DNA of 47,699 nt, taken from the IMG/VR virus record IMGVR_UViG_3300005512_000060, positions 1-47,699 of that record, one strand, 5' to 3'. Positions 37,165 to 46,334 of this stretch are shown piece after piece (within the stretch, counting starts at the first letter, position 1; each line of letters begins with the position of its first letter). Source of the DNA: a virus (taxonomy: Duplodnaviria > Caudoviricetes). The notes beneath the pieces are model-generated. The model made no database searches and was not told where the DNA came from. It saw nothing but the letters and a program-made list of their open reading frames with translations. Position numbers and translations under genes: made by a program.

Positions 37165-37493
37165 TAACTGAGAAACCGTGGGGACACGAAGAGCTGTGGG
37201 CGATTACTGACGTCTATGCAGGCAAGCTGTTATTTATCAATGCCGGGGAGTCGTTGTCATTGCAATACCACGAAAGAAAAGTAGAGACGCTTAGGGTAAT
37301 GAGCGGACGGTTATTGATGTCTCTTGATGGAAATGAGGCCGAATTAGAAGCGGGCGCGGTTGCACACATTGAACCACCAATGCCGCATAGAATGGCCGCT
37401 ATTGAGGATTGTGTTGTTTTAGAGGTGTCAACCCCAGAGCTTGACGACGTTGTGAGGTTAGAAGACAGATACGGGAGAATTGAACATGAATGA
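37161..37493 (+). CDS. cupin (mannose-6-phosphate isomerase C-terminal-like)
   Basis: EKPWG, LSLQYH..K.ET, HRM.A, EVSTPELDDVVRLEDRYGR. Confidence 0.85.
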   Translation: MITEKPWGHEELWAITDVYAGKLLFINAGESLSLQYHERKVETLRVMSGRLLMSLDGNEAELEAGAVAHIEPPMPHRMAAIEDCVVLEVSTPELDDVVRLEDRYGRIEHE

Positions 37494-37938
37494 TCCTAAG
37501 ACTTCTATCATGGGCGTGATTGTAGATAATTGGATTCCTGTGAACACAAGTTCAATTACGCCGACCTTTTCGACTGGCTGGTATGATTCAAAGTCGAAAG
37601 CACCTCAGGTGACATTCACCGACCCTGTTGAGTATCCAAAGTCAGGCGGCGATACTCCATTCCTTGGCATCACAACGAACGGCGCACCTGCTCAGTTATT
37701 CCTTGGCAATCTTGCGTGCAATATCTGGGTGACTCGCGCCGGAATAGCTATCAACCCGAAGAAGGCCATATTCGAGTTCAAGCAAGAAATCAAGAGGATT
37801 TTACAAGCGAAGTATGCAGAGGTAAGCGATCTGAACTTCATCGGATGGCGTGGGGGCAATGAGGTTGTTGAAGATAAACAAGTGCCGCCTGTATTTAGAT
37901 TTATAGGCGAGATTGGATACGCATACTTAGATTCATAG
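37486..37938 (+). CDS. putative tail terminator/completion protein
   Basis: Size, beta pattern and neck-module position. Confidence 0.45.
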   Translation: MNDPKTSIMGVIVDNWIPVNTSSITPTFSTGWYDSKSKAPQVTFTDPVEYPKSGGDTPFLGITTNGAPAQLFLGNLACNIWVTRAGIAINPKKAIFEFKQEIKRILQAKYAEVSDLNFIGWRGGNEVVEDKQVPPVFRFIGEIGYAYLDS

Positions 37939-37947
37939 GGGGCTACA

Positions 37948-38340
37948 ATGCCGGATTATGCAAACAGAACACTGATGAACGAAGCAACGTTAGCGGCGGC
38001 GAGCACCGTGCCTGCAACAATAGCCGGGACGGAATGCGCAGTGATGGATCTTACCGATGTGGACGACTTTGCGCTTACCGTGGAATGTGAATTTGCCACA
38101 GCGTCAACGGGCAATGCGGTCTTTCGTGTGTATACCTCTCCAACGGGAGCGCCGACTGATGCGAGCGTGTGGGATACCGAAGAGTATTGTGATGGTACGT
38201 TGACGTGTGATGCCGGTTCAAGGGCGCAAAAGACGATTGTGATCGAAGGCGATCCTAAGTTTGCGAAGGTCCAGGTTGAGAATGAAGACACGACTCACGC
38301 GATCTACGATGTGGTTGTTAAGAAGGTGACCACAAGATGA
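37948..38340 (+). CDS. putative virion protein, paralog of 358..753
   Basis: Shares motifs with the ORF at 358. Confidence 0.6.
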   Translation: MPDYANRTLMNEATLAAASTVPATIAGTECAVMDLTDVDDFALTVECEFATASTGNAVFRVYTSPTGAPTDASVWDTEEYCDGTLTCDAGSRAQKTIVIEGDPKFAKVQVENEDTTHAIYDVVVKKVTTR

Positions 38341-39599
38341 AGTATCCTGAGACTAATAGCGTTGTTGACCTAGGGCGTGTCGATACCGCCGCGCATACAG
38401 GTGCGGTTGACGACACGACGAAAGCTATGGGCTACCACAAGCAGAACGTCACCAATACTGAATCCATTCTGACTATACTTGGCGGCTCAGCTATCCAGAT
38501 GCGGACGGCGCAATCAATCAGCGCAGCGGTTGAAGAAAACGCACTACAGCAGTTCTCGATCTCAATCATGGACGTTGATACCGGCGCAGTTGCCTCTGCG
38601 AGCATTGATATCACTGGAATTTCAGCAGTTATTGAGAAGTCAACAGGTGGCGGGGCTTTCTCCGCTGCGGGCCTAACAGCAATAACGTTCGGCAAGGAAG
38701 ACGGGCGTGTGTTTGTGGATTATCAGTTTAAGGCCGCTGAGTGGACTGTAGGCGACGTATACAAGATTGTGGTATCTGGGATTACTGCAACAATTGGCGG
38801 CGATACGGCATACGTTCCCGCTATGGTGTGGTCAAACTTCATCGTGGAAGACGCCGACCTTAAAGCTGCGGTTGATGCGATCAATACAGACCTGGGAGAT
38901 TGGTCAGCAAGGTCTAACCTTGTGTCGTTGTTGACATCGCTCGGGATTCCCGACACGAGCGGTAAGCCGCTGTATACCTGCTTGGTCACGGACAGGCTAG
39001 ACAGTGCGACATACGGCCTATCTGCCCTGAATGACGATGCGGACGCAATCCTTGAAGACATTGGAGACTTCTCAGCGCGGACAAACAACCTGAAGTCGTT
39101 ACTCGCCGTGTTGGGTGTTCCCGATGTGGATGATGACACGCTGTACAAGCTACTGATAACAGACCGGCTAGACAGTGCAACCTATGGACTAGAGGCGATC
39201 AAGAACGCGGTAACAACTGGCTCGGGCGCGCCACAGATAGCGGCAACGACAATCGACTTAAACCAAGCGACGGGATCTTATGACCTATTCACCGGCGCTA
39301 CTCAAGATGTCGTGCTTGAATCGCTGATAATCAAGATGCCGACCGAGGCCGCCGGTGGCGCACTGACAAGCATTGCAATTCAAACGGATGACGTAACGCC
39401 TAGTGTATTGATCGACGCGACTGACGGCGCGGTTGGCAATTTGACATCTGAGGGTGAGCTCTTCTGGACTGGAAGGGCACATATTACAGTTGGGACGAAG
39501 ATCCAGCTAACAATAGCAGGCGGCGCACATGGTTCAACCTATACGTGCAAGGTCACGGCGCAGTATGTAGCGATTACTAGCGGGGGTGTGTTGTCATGA
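38337..39599 (+). CDS. putative virion appendage/fibre protein
   Basis: Acidic, rich in A/T/G; repeat LG.PD....LY..L.TDRLD.ATYGL; C-terminal domain paralogous to the next ORF. Confidence 0.6.
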   Translation: MKYPETNSVVDLGRVDTAAHTGAVDDTTKAMGYHKQNVTNTESILTILGGSAIQMRTAQSISAAVEENALQQFSISIMDVDTGAVASASIDITGISAVIEKSTGGGAFSAAGLTAITFGKEDGRVFVDYQFKAAEWTVGDVYKIVVSGITATIGGDTAYVPAMVWSNFIVEDADLKAAVDAINTDLGDWSARSNLVSLLTSLGIPDTSGKPLYTCLVTDRLDSATYGLSALNDDADAILEDIGDFSARTNNLKSLLAVLGVPDVDDDTLYKLLITDRLDSATYGLEAIKNAVTTGSGAPQIAATTIDLNQATGSYDLFTGATQDVVLESLIIKMPTEAAGGALTSIAIQTDDVTPSVLIDATDGAVGNLTSEGELFWTGRAHITVGTKIQLTIAGGAHGSTYTCKVTAQYVAITSGGVLS

Positions 39600-40606
39600 T
39601 CGGCAAGCACGGAATAGAACAGACTAGAAAAGAACTTGCAACACACGATGCGGCGATTAAGGCTGATGTTGGTGATTTCTCAGGGCAATCAAATCTAACG
39701 ACGTTGCTTGCCGCGCTTGGAATCCCCGATACGTCTGGCAAGCCGTTGTATACGTGCTTGATTACTGATCGGCTTGATGACGCTACTAACGGCTTGGCTA
39801 ACTTGAAGAGCCTTATCGACACAGCCGACACAGCTATTGACAACGTGCAGGCCGACCTTGGCAACTTCTCAGGGCGCACCTATGATGGAACGCTGATGGA
39901 TGTTATTGGCCTGCCCGACGTTGAGAACAAGGATCTCTACACGTGCCTCGTGACGGACCGTCTCGACAACGTGACCTACGGCCTGAGTGCATTGCAGACG
40001 GACATCGCGGCTATTCCTACTACGATGGTTGGGACAGATTTAGCCTTTCTCGCTTCTGTTGGAGGTGCGCTAGACGATGCGGCGGCGGCTGGCGCTGTGA
40101 CTGATGCAGATACCGCAATGGCGTATATCAAGCAGCTAGTAACTGCGGCAATTGCTATTGAAGCCGATACGAGTACGGACGGGGTTGTTCTCGGGACTAA
40201 AGCTGCTGCGTATAAGAAGCTTGTGGGCGAAACGCAGATAACAGAGACAACCGAAGATCTGAATCAGGCGGCTGCATCTTATGATCTGTTCACAGGAACG
40301 ACTCAGGCGGTGTTTCTAAAGGGTCTAAGCATTAAGATGCCTGCGGACTTGTGTGACGATACAACCCTAACAAGCATATCAATTCAGACAGATGATGCGA
40401 CACCGGGAGTCATTCTATCTAGTGTTGATGGGGCCGTTGGAAACCTAACATCAGAAGCAGAACTATCATGGACGGGGTTAATGCGAATCAATGTGGGAAC
40501 GAAAATCCAGCTGACAATCGCCGGTGGCGCTGAGGGCGCTGAGTACATCACGACAGTAACCGCGAGATACGAAGCCATTACAGATGGTGGATACCTGGCG
40601 ACATAG
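39596..40606 (+). CDS. putative virion appendage/fibre protein, paralog of the previous ORF
   Basis: Same repeat and C-terminal DLNQA..SYDLFTG.TQ...VGTKIQLTIAGGA domain. Confidence 0.6.
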   Translation: MIGKHGIEQTRKELATHDAAIKADVGDFSGQSNLTTLLAALGIPDTSGKPLYTCLITDRLDDATNGLANLKSLIDTADTAIDNVQADLGNFSGRTYDGTLMDVIGLPDVENKDLYTCLVTDRLDNVTYGLSALQTDIAAIPTTMVGTDLAFLASVGGALDDAAAAGAVTDADTAMAYIKQLVTAAIAIEADTSTDGVVLGTKAAAYKKLVGETQITETTEDLNQAAASYDLFTGTTQAVFLKGLSIKMPADLCDDTTLTSISIQTDDATPGVILSSVDGAVGNLTSEAELSWTGLMRINVGTKIQLTIAGGAEGAEYITTVTARYEAITDGGYLAT

Positions 40607-40764
40607 GTGGCATTATGATGTCATTAAACGGTAGAAATATCGTGCTAAAAAGATTGTGCAACATTGCAAAGCACGTAACTGAGATTTTCCCAGACGATTC
40701 AAATTTGGAATGTGCATTTTAGGTATTTCCTGTACTCGGATGGTTGCGCATAAAGAGGTGAATC

Positions 40765-40869
40765 ATGGCTAGAAAGTGTCCAGGCAGCAAGATAAGAAGT
40801 GGTGGAAAAGGTCGCGGATTGGGTCGCGGTGGTGGAAAAGGACCGATCGGTCGGCCGGTAAATAAGTGA
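40765..40869 (+). CDS. 34-aa Gly/Arg/Lys-rich basic peptide (not in ORF track)
   Basis: GAGGTG RBS; MARKCPGSKIRSGGKGRGLGRGGGKGPIGRPVNK*. Confidence 0.6.
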   Translation: MARKCPGSKIRSGGKGRGLGRGGGKGPIGRPVNK

Positions 40870-40874
40870 CGAAT

Positions 40875-40907
40875 GGGGAGCGTTCTGGTCTAGGTTGGGC
40901 GCTCCCC
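40875..40907 (+). other. GC-rich hairpin after the basic peptide gene
   Basis: GGGGAGCGTTC/GGGCGCTCCCC; no U-tract. Confidence 0.5.
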
Positions 40908-40970
40908 TGATGGTAGAATAAGGCTAGTCGTTGTCATCGTGTCAGCGGCTAGGAATAGGAGATCGTCTCC

Positions 40971-41105
40971 ATGACATGGCATAGGCGCAAGATATACGTG
41001 TATAGCATTCCGGCAAATGATGGGAAGTCGTTCGTCAACGTGTCGGATTCTTGTATTTCTGGGTTTGAGTATATCATGGAGTTTGATATAGGGGGGAACG
41101 AATGA
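40971..41105 (+). CDS. 44-aa hypothetical protein (not in ORF track)
   Basis: AGGAG upstream; ATGA overlap with the glycosyltransferase gene. Confidence 0.4.
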   Translation: MTWHRRKIYVYSIPANDGKSFVNVSDSCISGFEYIMEFDIGGNE

Positions 41106-42373
41106 AGATAGTATGGTGTAGCAACTACGGAGGACAACCTACAGGCTATGGCGTCATCTGCAAGAACGTCGTGCCGCACATTCAACACAACTCGAAGCAT
41201 GAGATGATCGAGTTTGCAATTTCTGGCATCAATCGCGTATTGCCGTTTATCAAGAACGGTGTCAAGGTCTATGGCTCGTCCAACTTTGGCGGGAAGATGG
41301 GTATCCGAGATTGGCCGACAGTCCAGAATTTAGAGCATGCTGATGTGTGGATGCTGAATTTCGATGCATGGGCGGCTGACACGTCTATCCCAAAGCTGGG
41401 GATCAAATATGCTGTCTATCCGCCGATTGATCATGACCCATTGCCGCCCGTTTGGAAGGATTGTCTAGATGGAGCTGTTGATATTGTCCCATACTGTCAG
41501 TTCGGAGAGCGCGTTATTCGTAACAGCATGGGAATCTCTGCGCCGATTAGTCCATACATTCCCCATGGCGTAGATACAGACGCCTACTATCCGATGGATG
41601 TAAACAGATCTGAGGTCTTTGGGCGAGAGGTGCCTGATAGTGCTTTCGTGATTGGCATCTTCAAGAACAACCAAGGAACGCGAGCAAAGTACAATCTTCA
41701 GTTAGAGGCTATCCGTAGGTTCATCGACACGGTTAAAGACGACAACGTCAGGGTATACATCCACGCAAGTACTGTTGGGGGTAACGCACCAGACCTGCAA
41801 GAACTTGTGCGGCGTTACAACCTGTCTGGCCACGTATACATCATAGCGCCTGACAGATACCGCTACGGCATCTCGGACTATGAAATGGCTCAGACATACA
41901 ATGCGTGTGATGTTGTTCTCAACTGCGTAGCGGGCGAGGGATGGGGGCTTCCTATCTCAGAGGCGTTCGCTTGTGGCGTGCCTGTTATTGGGACCGCGTT
42001 CTCGTCGATGCCTGAGATAATCTCAGGCGTTGAGGGAGAGATTCCGAAGAAGATTCTAACGCATGGCGAGTGCTACGAAGTTGATAGGGGATGGATTGTT
42101 CCTTCGTCTCAACGTGAGTTCACATTGGGCAAGAGATCTGAGCGTAGAACGTTCAAGCCAGAAGACGCAGCCACTGCGCTTGTGAAAGCCTATGAGAACC
42201 CGGCAAAGCGCAAAGAGATGGGAAAGAGAGCGAATAACTTTATCCAGAAATGGAGCTGGAAGAAAGTCGGCGACATGTGGATAGATTACTATGATGAATT
42301 AGAAAAGAAGATCCTGCCAAAGAAGTATAGCTGGGAACCTATAGAGAATCAGGGAGTGGGGGAGGACATATGA
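41102..42373 (+). CDS. GT-B (GT4-like) glycosyltransferase
   Basis: PTGYG, IPHGVDT, YNACDV...GEGWGLPISEAFACGVPVI, WSW..V motifs. Confidence 0.9.
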   Translation: MKIVWCSNYGGQPTGYGVICKNVVPHIQHNSKHEMIEFAISGINRVLPFIKNGVKVYGSSNFGGKMGIRDWPTVQNLEHADVWMLNFDAWAADTSIPKLGIKYAVYPPIDHDPLPPVWKDCLDGAVDIVPYCQFGERVIRNSMGISAPISPYIPHGVDTDAYYPMDVNRSEVFGREVPDSAFVIGIFKNNQGTRAKYNLQLEAIRRFIDTVKDDNVRVYIHASTVGGNAPDLQELVRRYNLSGHVYIIAPDRYRYGISDYEMAQTYNACDVVLNCVAGEGWGLPISEAFACGVPVIGTAFSSMPEIISGVEGEIPKKILTHGECYEVDRGWIVPSSQREFTLGKRSERRTFKPEDAATALVKAYENPAKRKEMGKRANNFIQKWSWKKVGDMWIDYYDELEKKILPKKYSWEPIENQGVGEDI

Positions 42374-43083
42374 CCAGCGAACAGATTGCTATGGCACAAA
42401 AAATGCGTGATGGCGGAATGGTGTATCAAGAAATAGGAGATGAAATGGGGATGTCTCTCGAAGCAATTCGCTATAATCTTGATCCAAAGGCTAAACAGAA
42501 GCAGGTAGAGTACAAACAAGCCAACAAAGAAAAGATTGCAAAGCGAAACGCTAGTTGGTATCAGGACAATAAAGAAGAACGGGCACAGTATCATGCTGAG
42601 TGGTATCGTGCAAACGCTGAAAAGGTAAACAAGAGAGTGCGTGAATACTATCAAGAACATAGACAAGATAGACGACAATACGCAGTTGAGTACGGACGCG
42701 AACATAAAGACGAAAGAGCGAAATATAGCTCAGGATACTATCAATCAAATCGTGATGAGATAGCGAAACATCAGCATGAACATCTTGCTGAGCGTTCTGC
42801 ATACCAGGCAAAACGACGTGCATTAAAGAATGGCGCGCTTATTGGTGCAACAGTCGCACAGCTTGCTGAGATCAAAGAGATCTATCGCAAAGCGAAAGAG
42901 GAACCAAAGATTCGATGCTATCTATGTGGCGAGCTTATTCCAGTCGGACATCGCCATGTAGATCATATTGTGCCTCTATCAAAGGGCGGGGCACATCGTC
43001 CATCTAACTTGGCAGTAGCTTGTGATGTATGCAATTTGCGTAAACACGCGAAGATGCCAAATGAAGTAGGGCTGTTAATATGA
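42370..43083 (+). CDS. HNH endonuclease (homing type)
   Basis: Charged repeat helix, then CYLCG..HVDHIVPLSKGGAH.PSNL..AC..CN.RK. Confidence 0.9.
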   Translation: MTSEQIAMAQKMRDGGMVYQEIGDEMGMSLEAIRYNLDPKAKQKQVEYKQANKEKIAKRNASWYQDNKEERAQYHAEWYRANAEKVNKRVREYYQEHRQDRRQYAVEYGREHKDERAKYSSGYYQSNRDEIAKHQHEHLAERSAYQAKRRALKNGALIGATVAQLAEIKEIYRKAKEEPKIRCYLCGELIPVGHRHVDHIVPLSKGGAHRPSNLAVACDVCNLRKHAKMPNEVGLLI

Positions 43084-44687
43084 AGAAGAGAACAGCTGTA
43101 GTAGTCTTTAGCTTCAATAGGCCAGACTATCTCGTGCAAACGCTGGATTCTTTAGCGAAGAATACCAAAGCTGACGAATGTGACTTCTATTTCTACCAGG
43201 ACGGATGGAAGAATACGGAGCCATACCCATATTGCACAGACGAACAAGAAGCTATCGTGGGCGAGCAGGTTCAGCGATGCGTTGAAATCATATCTGGTTT
43301 CCCGTTCAAGCATAAAGAGATTGTCACGCGTGAAGACAACGTTTGTATCGGGCAGCAGTGCCAAATAGCGAAGAAGCGACTGTTTGAAAAGTATGATAAG
43401 GTGATCTTCTTCGATGACGATCATATCGTGAGCAAGGATTACATTGATATCCTGCTAAAACTACATGAACAGTATCCGGATGCCATAGTGGGCGCACAGG
43501 CAACTGAGCGAAGGAACATACCGGCTAATGCAAGGCTAGACCATGTCGGCGTTGTTACTGAGTGTATGGGCGATGCAATCGCGTTCCCTGGCCGATGGCG
43601 ATGGCTAGGCTATCTGATGCCAAAGGAAGTTCACGAGGCGACGGTTGACGACATGGATGAATATCTTGAATTCATTGGCCCAAGCTATCGCAACATTCCG
43701 AATAACGCAGTGAAGGCGAAGTATGGTGTGGTTGTCACTGGGTTTGACGGAGTGCTGGATAAGCTGTGCAATGACAAAGAGATTCGACGGGTGGCCACTG
43801 TTATTCCTAGAGCGCGATACATTGGCAAGCAAGGCACGTTTGGCACATTTGAAGCGTTTAGGCTGATGGGGTTCCCAGAATACAACCGATACGAGTTTGA
43901 CGAAACCGGAGTAGATACCTTTAGAGACTATGCCGAAGCCGCTGAAACGTCCGTTGAAGCACACGGGCATAAGATTACTCCTGACAGCGCAGGCCGGATT
44001 CAAGGGGCCGATGAGTGGGTCACAGACGCGATCAAGGCTAGCGTCAAGGAAGGTGACACCGTTATAGATGTCGGGGCATATATTGGGTACTACACGATCC
44101 TGATGTCTGACCTTGTCGGGCCAACTGGAAGGGTATATGCCTTTGAGCCAGATCCCGATAATTTCTCGGTTTTGGAGGAGAATGTTGGAGATCGAGAGAA
44201 CGTCAATCTTGTCAATTCTGCGGTATCGGACTACGAAGGGTTGGGCACTCTATACAGAAGCAAGGTGAATAAAGGCGACCATCGTTTGTATCCCTCTTAT
44301 GAAGGACAGTCATACCGCGATGTTGACGTTACAACGCTTGATTATTACATGTTGGGCCGATTATATCCATCGTTTATCAAGATCGACGCTCAGGGAGCTG
44401 AGGGCGCGGTCTTGAAAGGAGCTAGAAAGCTCATCGAGTTGATGCCAAGGTTGAAGATTGTCGTTGAATACGGCCCAAAGATGATGGTTGAATACGACGA
44501 TACGACATCTGAGAAGTTCATACGTCTATTGGATGGCTTCAACTTGATTGCAGTTAGAAAAACCCCAGAGATCAAAGAGCTATCTCAGTTGTTGACAGCA
44601 TACTCAGAAAACGAAGACAGGTTTACCGACCTGTTCTTAGAGAAAATCGAAACATCCAAGATATACGATACGGATGGTGACGAATGA
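43080..44687 (+). CDS. GT-A (GT2-like) glycosyltransferase fused to an FkbM-family methyltransferase
   Basis: FNRPDYL..TL.SL, QDG, FFDDD; then IDVGAYIGYY, AFEPDP.N, IKIDAQGAE. Confidence 0.85.
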   Translation: MKKRTAVVVFSFNRPDYLVQTLDSLAKNTKADECDFYFYQDGWKNTEPYPYCTDEQEAIVGEQVQRCVEIISGFPFKHKEIVTREDNVCIGQQCQIAKKRLFEKYDKVIFFDDDHIVSKDYIDILLKLHEQYPDAIVGAQATERRNIPANARLDHVGVVTECMGDAIAFPGRWRWLGYLMPKEVHEATVDDMDEYLEFIGPSYRNIPNNAVKAKYGVVVTGFDGVLDKLCNDKEIRRVATVIPRARYIGKQGTFGTFEAFRLMGFPEYNRYEFDETGVDTFRDYAEAAETSVEAHGHKITPDSAGRIQGADEWVTDAIKASVKEGDTVIDVGAYIGYYTILMSDLVGPTGRVYAFEPDPDNFSVLEENVGDRENVNLVNSAVSDYEGLGTLYRSKVNKGDHRLYPSYEGQSYRDVDVTTLDYYMLGRLYPSFIKIDAQGAEGAVLKGARKLIELMPRLKIVVEYGPKMMVEYDDTTSEKFIRLLDGFNLIAVRKTPEIKELSQLLTAYSENEDRFTDLFLEKIETSKIYDTDGDE

Positions 44688-44881
44688 TTCAGAAAGATGG
44701 ATATCACGGCGAATACGTGAAAGATCTTGCGTTAGACGTGATGGCAAATAACGAGCAAATAGGCGCGGCATTTAATGCGATGAGGAAAGAAACTGGATTG
44801 CCGCCGCTTGACTATGTTGCTATGCGTGACTCTGAGAAAGCAGAACGAGAAGCAAAAGGCGGGCGACCGTGGAGGCATTAA
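44684..44881 (+). CDS. hypothetical protein
   Basis: ATGA overlap. Confidence 0.45.
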   Translation: MIQKDGYHGEYVKDLALDVMANNEQIGAAFNAMRKETGLPPLDYVAMRDSEKAEREAKGGRPWRH

Positions 44882-44942
44882 AGACGAAGGCTTTATACCC
44901 TGGGCTCGCCAGGAAGTCGGCTCCTACTGCCGGCGGTGACCC

Positions 44943-45617
44943 ATGCTAGCGGAATTCGCACATAGCGTGCATTCTCAGAATGGAGAGGACGGGATCATTG
45001 ATCATATCTTCTCTGTGATAGGCAAAGACTCACGCCTGTTCGTTGAGTTCGGATTTGGCGTTCCTGAATGCAATTGCTTGCGTCTCGTTGAAGAAGGATG
45101 GCATGGGCTATTCATCGACAGCGATTCAGATAAGTGCCTTGCCATGCGCAATATGATTGCAGAGATGAATCGGGGCGGCGGATTTACCGTCAATAAGCTC
45201 CTGACGGTTGACAACACAGAAGGCGCATTGATAGGAATGCCGGATGAGATCGACCTGTTATCAATTGACGTTGACGGGAACGACTACTGGCTATGGAAGG
45301 CGATTGAAAGAATACGGCCCCGCGTCGTTGTGATTGAATTCAATCGCGCATTGGGGCCAGAGGTTAGCGCAACGATCCCATACGATGCTGGTTTTACGTG
45401 GGCGCATGATAACTATTACGGCGCGTCATTGCGTGCGCTTGAGAAACTTGGCAAAGAGAAGGGATACAAGCTAATCGGATGTGAGCCAAAAGGTGTCAAT
45501 GCGTTCTTCTTACGTGACGACATCTATGATTTCGAGGCAGTTGATCTTGTCGACGTGCTTGACTGGGCATCGATTCCAAACAGTTGGGATAAAGAGAGAG
45601 AGTGGGTGGAGGTATGA
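44943..45617 (+). CDS. FkbM-like SAM-dependent methyltransferase
   Basis: SQNGEDGII, FVEFG, DLLSIDVDGNDYW, PRVVVIEFN, GASL.AL..L...KGY. Confidence 0.8.
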   Translation: MLAEFAHSVHSQNGEDGIIDHIFSVIGKDSRLFVEFGFGVPECNCLRLVEEGWHGLFIDSDSDKCLAMRNMIAEMNRGGGFTVNKLLTVDNTEGALIGMPDEIDLLSIDVDGNDYWLWKAIERIRPRVVVIEFNRALGPEVSATIPYDAGFTWAHDNYYGASLRALEKLGKEKGYKLIGCEPKGVNAFFLRDDIYDFEAVDLVDVLDWASIPNSWDKEREWVEV

Positions 45618-46123
45618 CCAAGGGCGAGATCATCACAAGCGTTATCAATCGCTTTGACCGGCCTATTTGCGTGCTAGAAATAGGAAGAATCAGGGCGACG
45701 GACGCCGCACACGAGCGCGGTGATGGGTGGTCAACGCTGAGATTTGCTTGCCATAGTTTGGTCGACGTGCTGTATTCGGTGGATAACGACCCAGAAACGC
45801 TCAAAGCTTGCGCTACGTTCCACGAGCTTCAGGGATCGAATGTCGTCTATGCTTCAAGTGTTAAGGAGCTTGGCGACATTGAGCCGATTGACTTGCTATA
45901 CCTAGATGCCGAAGAAGATGCAGAGGCAACGGTTGTGCATTTTCTTTCGATGCAGCACGGACTAGCGGACGACGCCATTGTATTGATGGATGACGTATAC
46001 GACGGAGAGAAGGGAGATCTCATCATTCCGATGTTAGTAGATGATGGGTGGAGTATTGAGGAAATAGGACCGATGGCAGTAGCTTGTAGACGAGGTGGTG
46101 ATAGAGATGCGGATTCAGTGTGA
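45614..46123 (+). CDS. class I SAM-dependent methyltransferase-like protein
   Basis: VLEIG, SVD, IDLLYLDA and IVLMDD motifs. Confidence 0.7.
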   Translation: MTKGEIITSVINRFDRPICVLEIGRIRATDAAHERGDGWSTLRFACHSLVDVLYSVDNDPETLKACATFHELQGSNVVYASSVKELGDIEPIDLLYLDAEEDAEATVVHFLSMQHGLADDAIVLMDDVYDGEKGDLIIPMLVDDGWSIEEIGPMAVACRRGGDRDADSV

Positions 46124-46334
46124 GAACCCGGCAACGAAGGCGATCACATTGGCGCGGTTTGGGCGAGAGCGAATCGAGTTTAGCAAGAATGGATTTGCTG
46201 TTGTGCCAGACAATGTAGGGCGGTTCCTAGTGCGCCGATATGGGTCAATTTCCGAAGTAGTGCCGAAGAAAAAGCCAGCAGCAAAAAAGGCAAAACCGAG
46301 CGATAAGCAGGTAGGTGATAGTGATGGTTCTTGA
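46107..46334 (+). CDS. small basic hypothetical protein
   Basis: GAGGTG RBS; Lys-rich tail. Confidence 0.5.
   Translation: MRIQCENPATKAITLARFGRERIEFSKNGFAVVPDNVGRFLVRRYGSISEVVPKKKPAAKKAKPSDKQVGDSDGS

Noticed and set aside
41264-41275. Self-target of array 1 (aag gtc tat ggc fits AAn GTn TAn GGn)
   Set aside because: Only 4 of 9 units match, which is compatible with chance. A similar 4-unit match for array 2 near 3800 was also dismissed.
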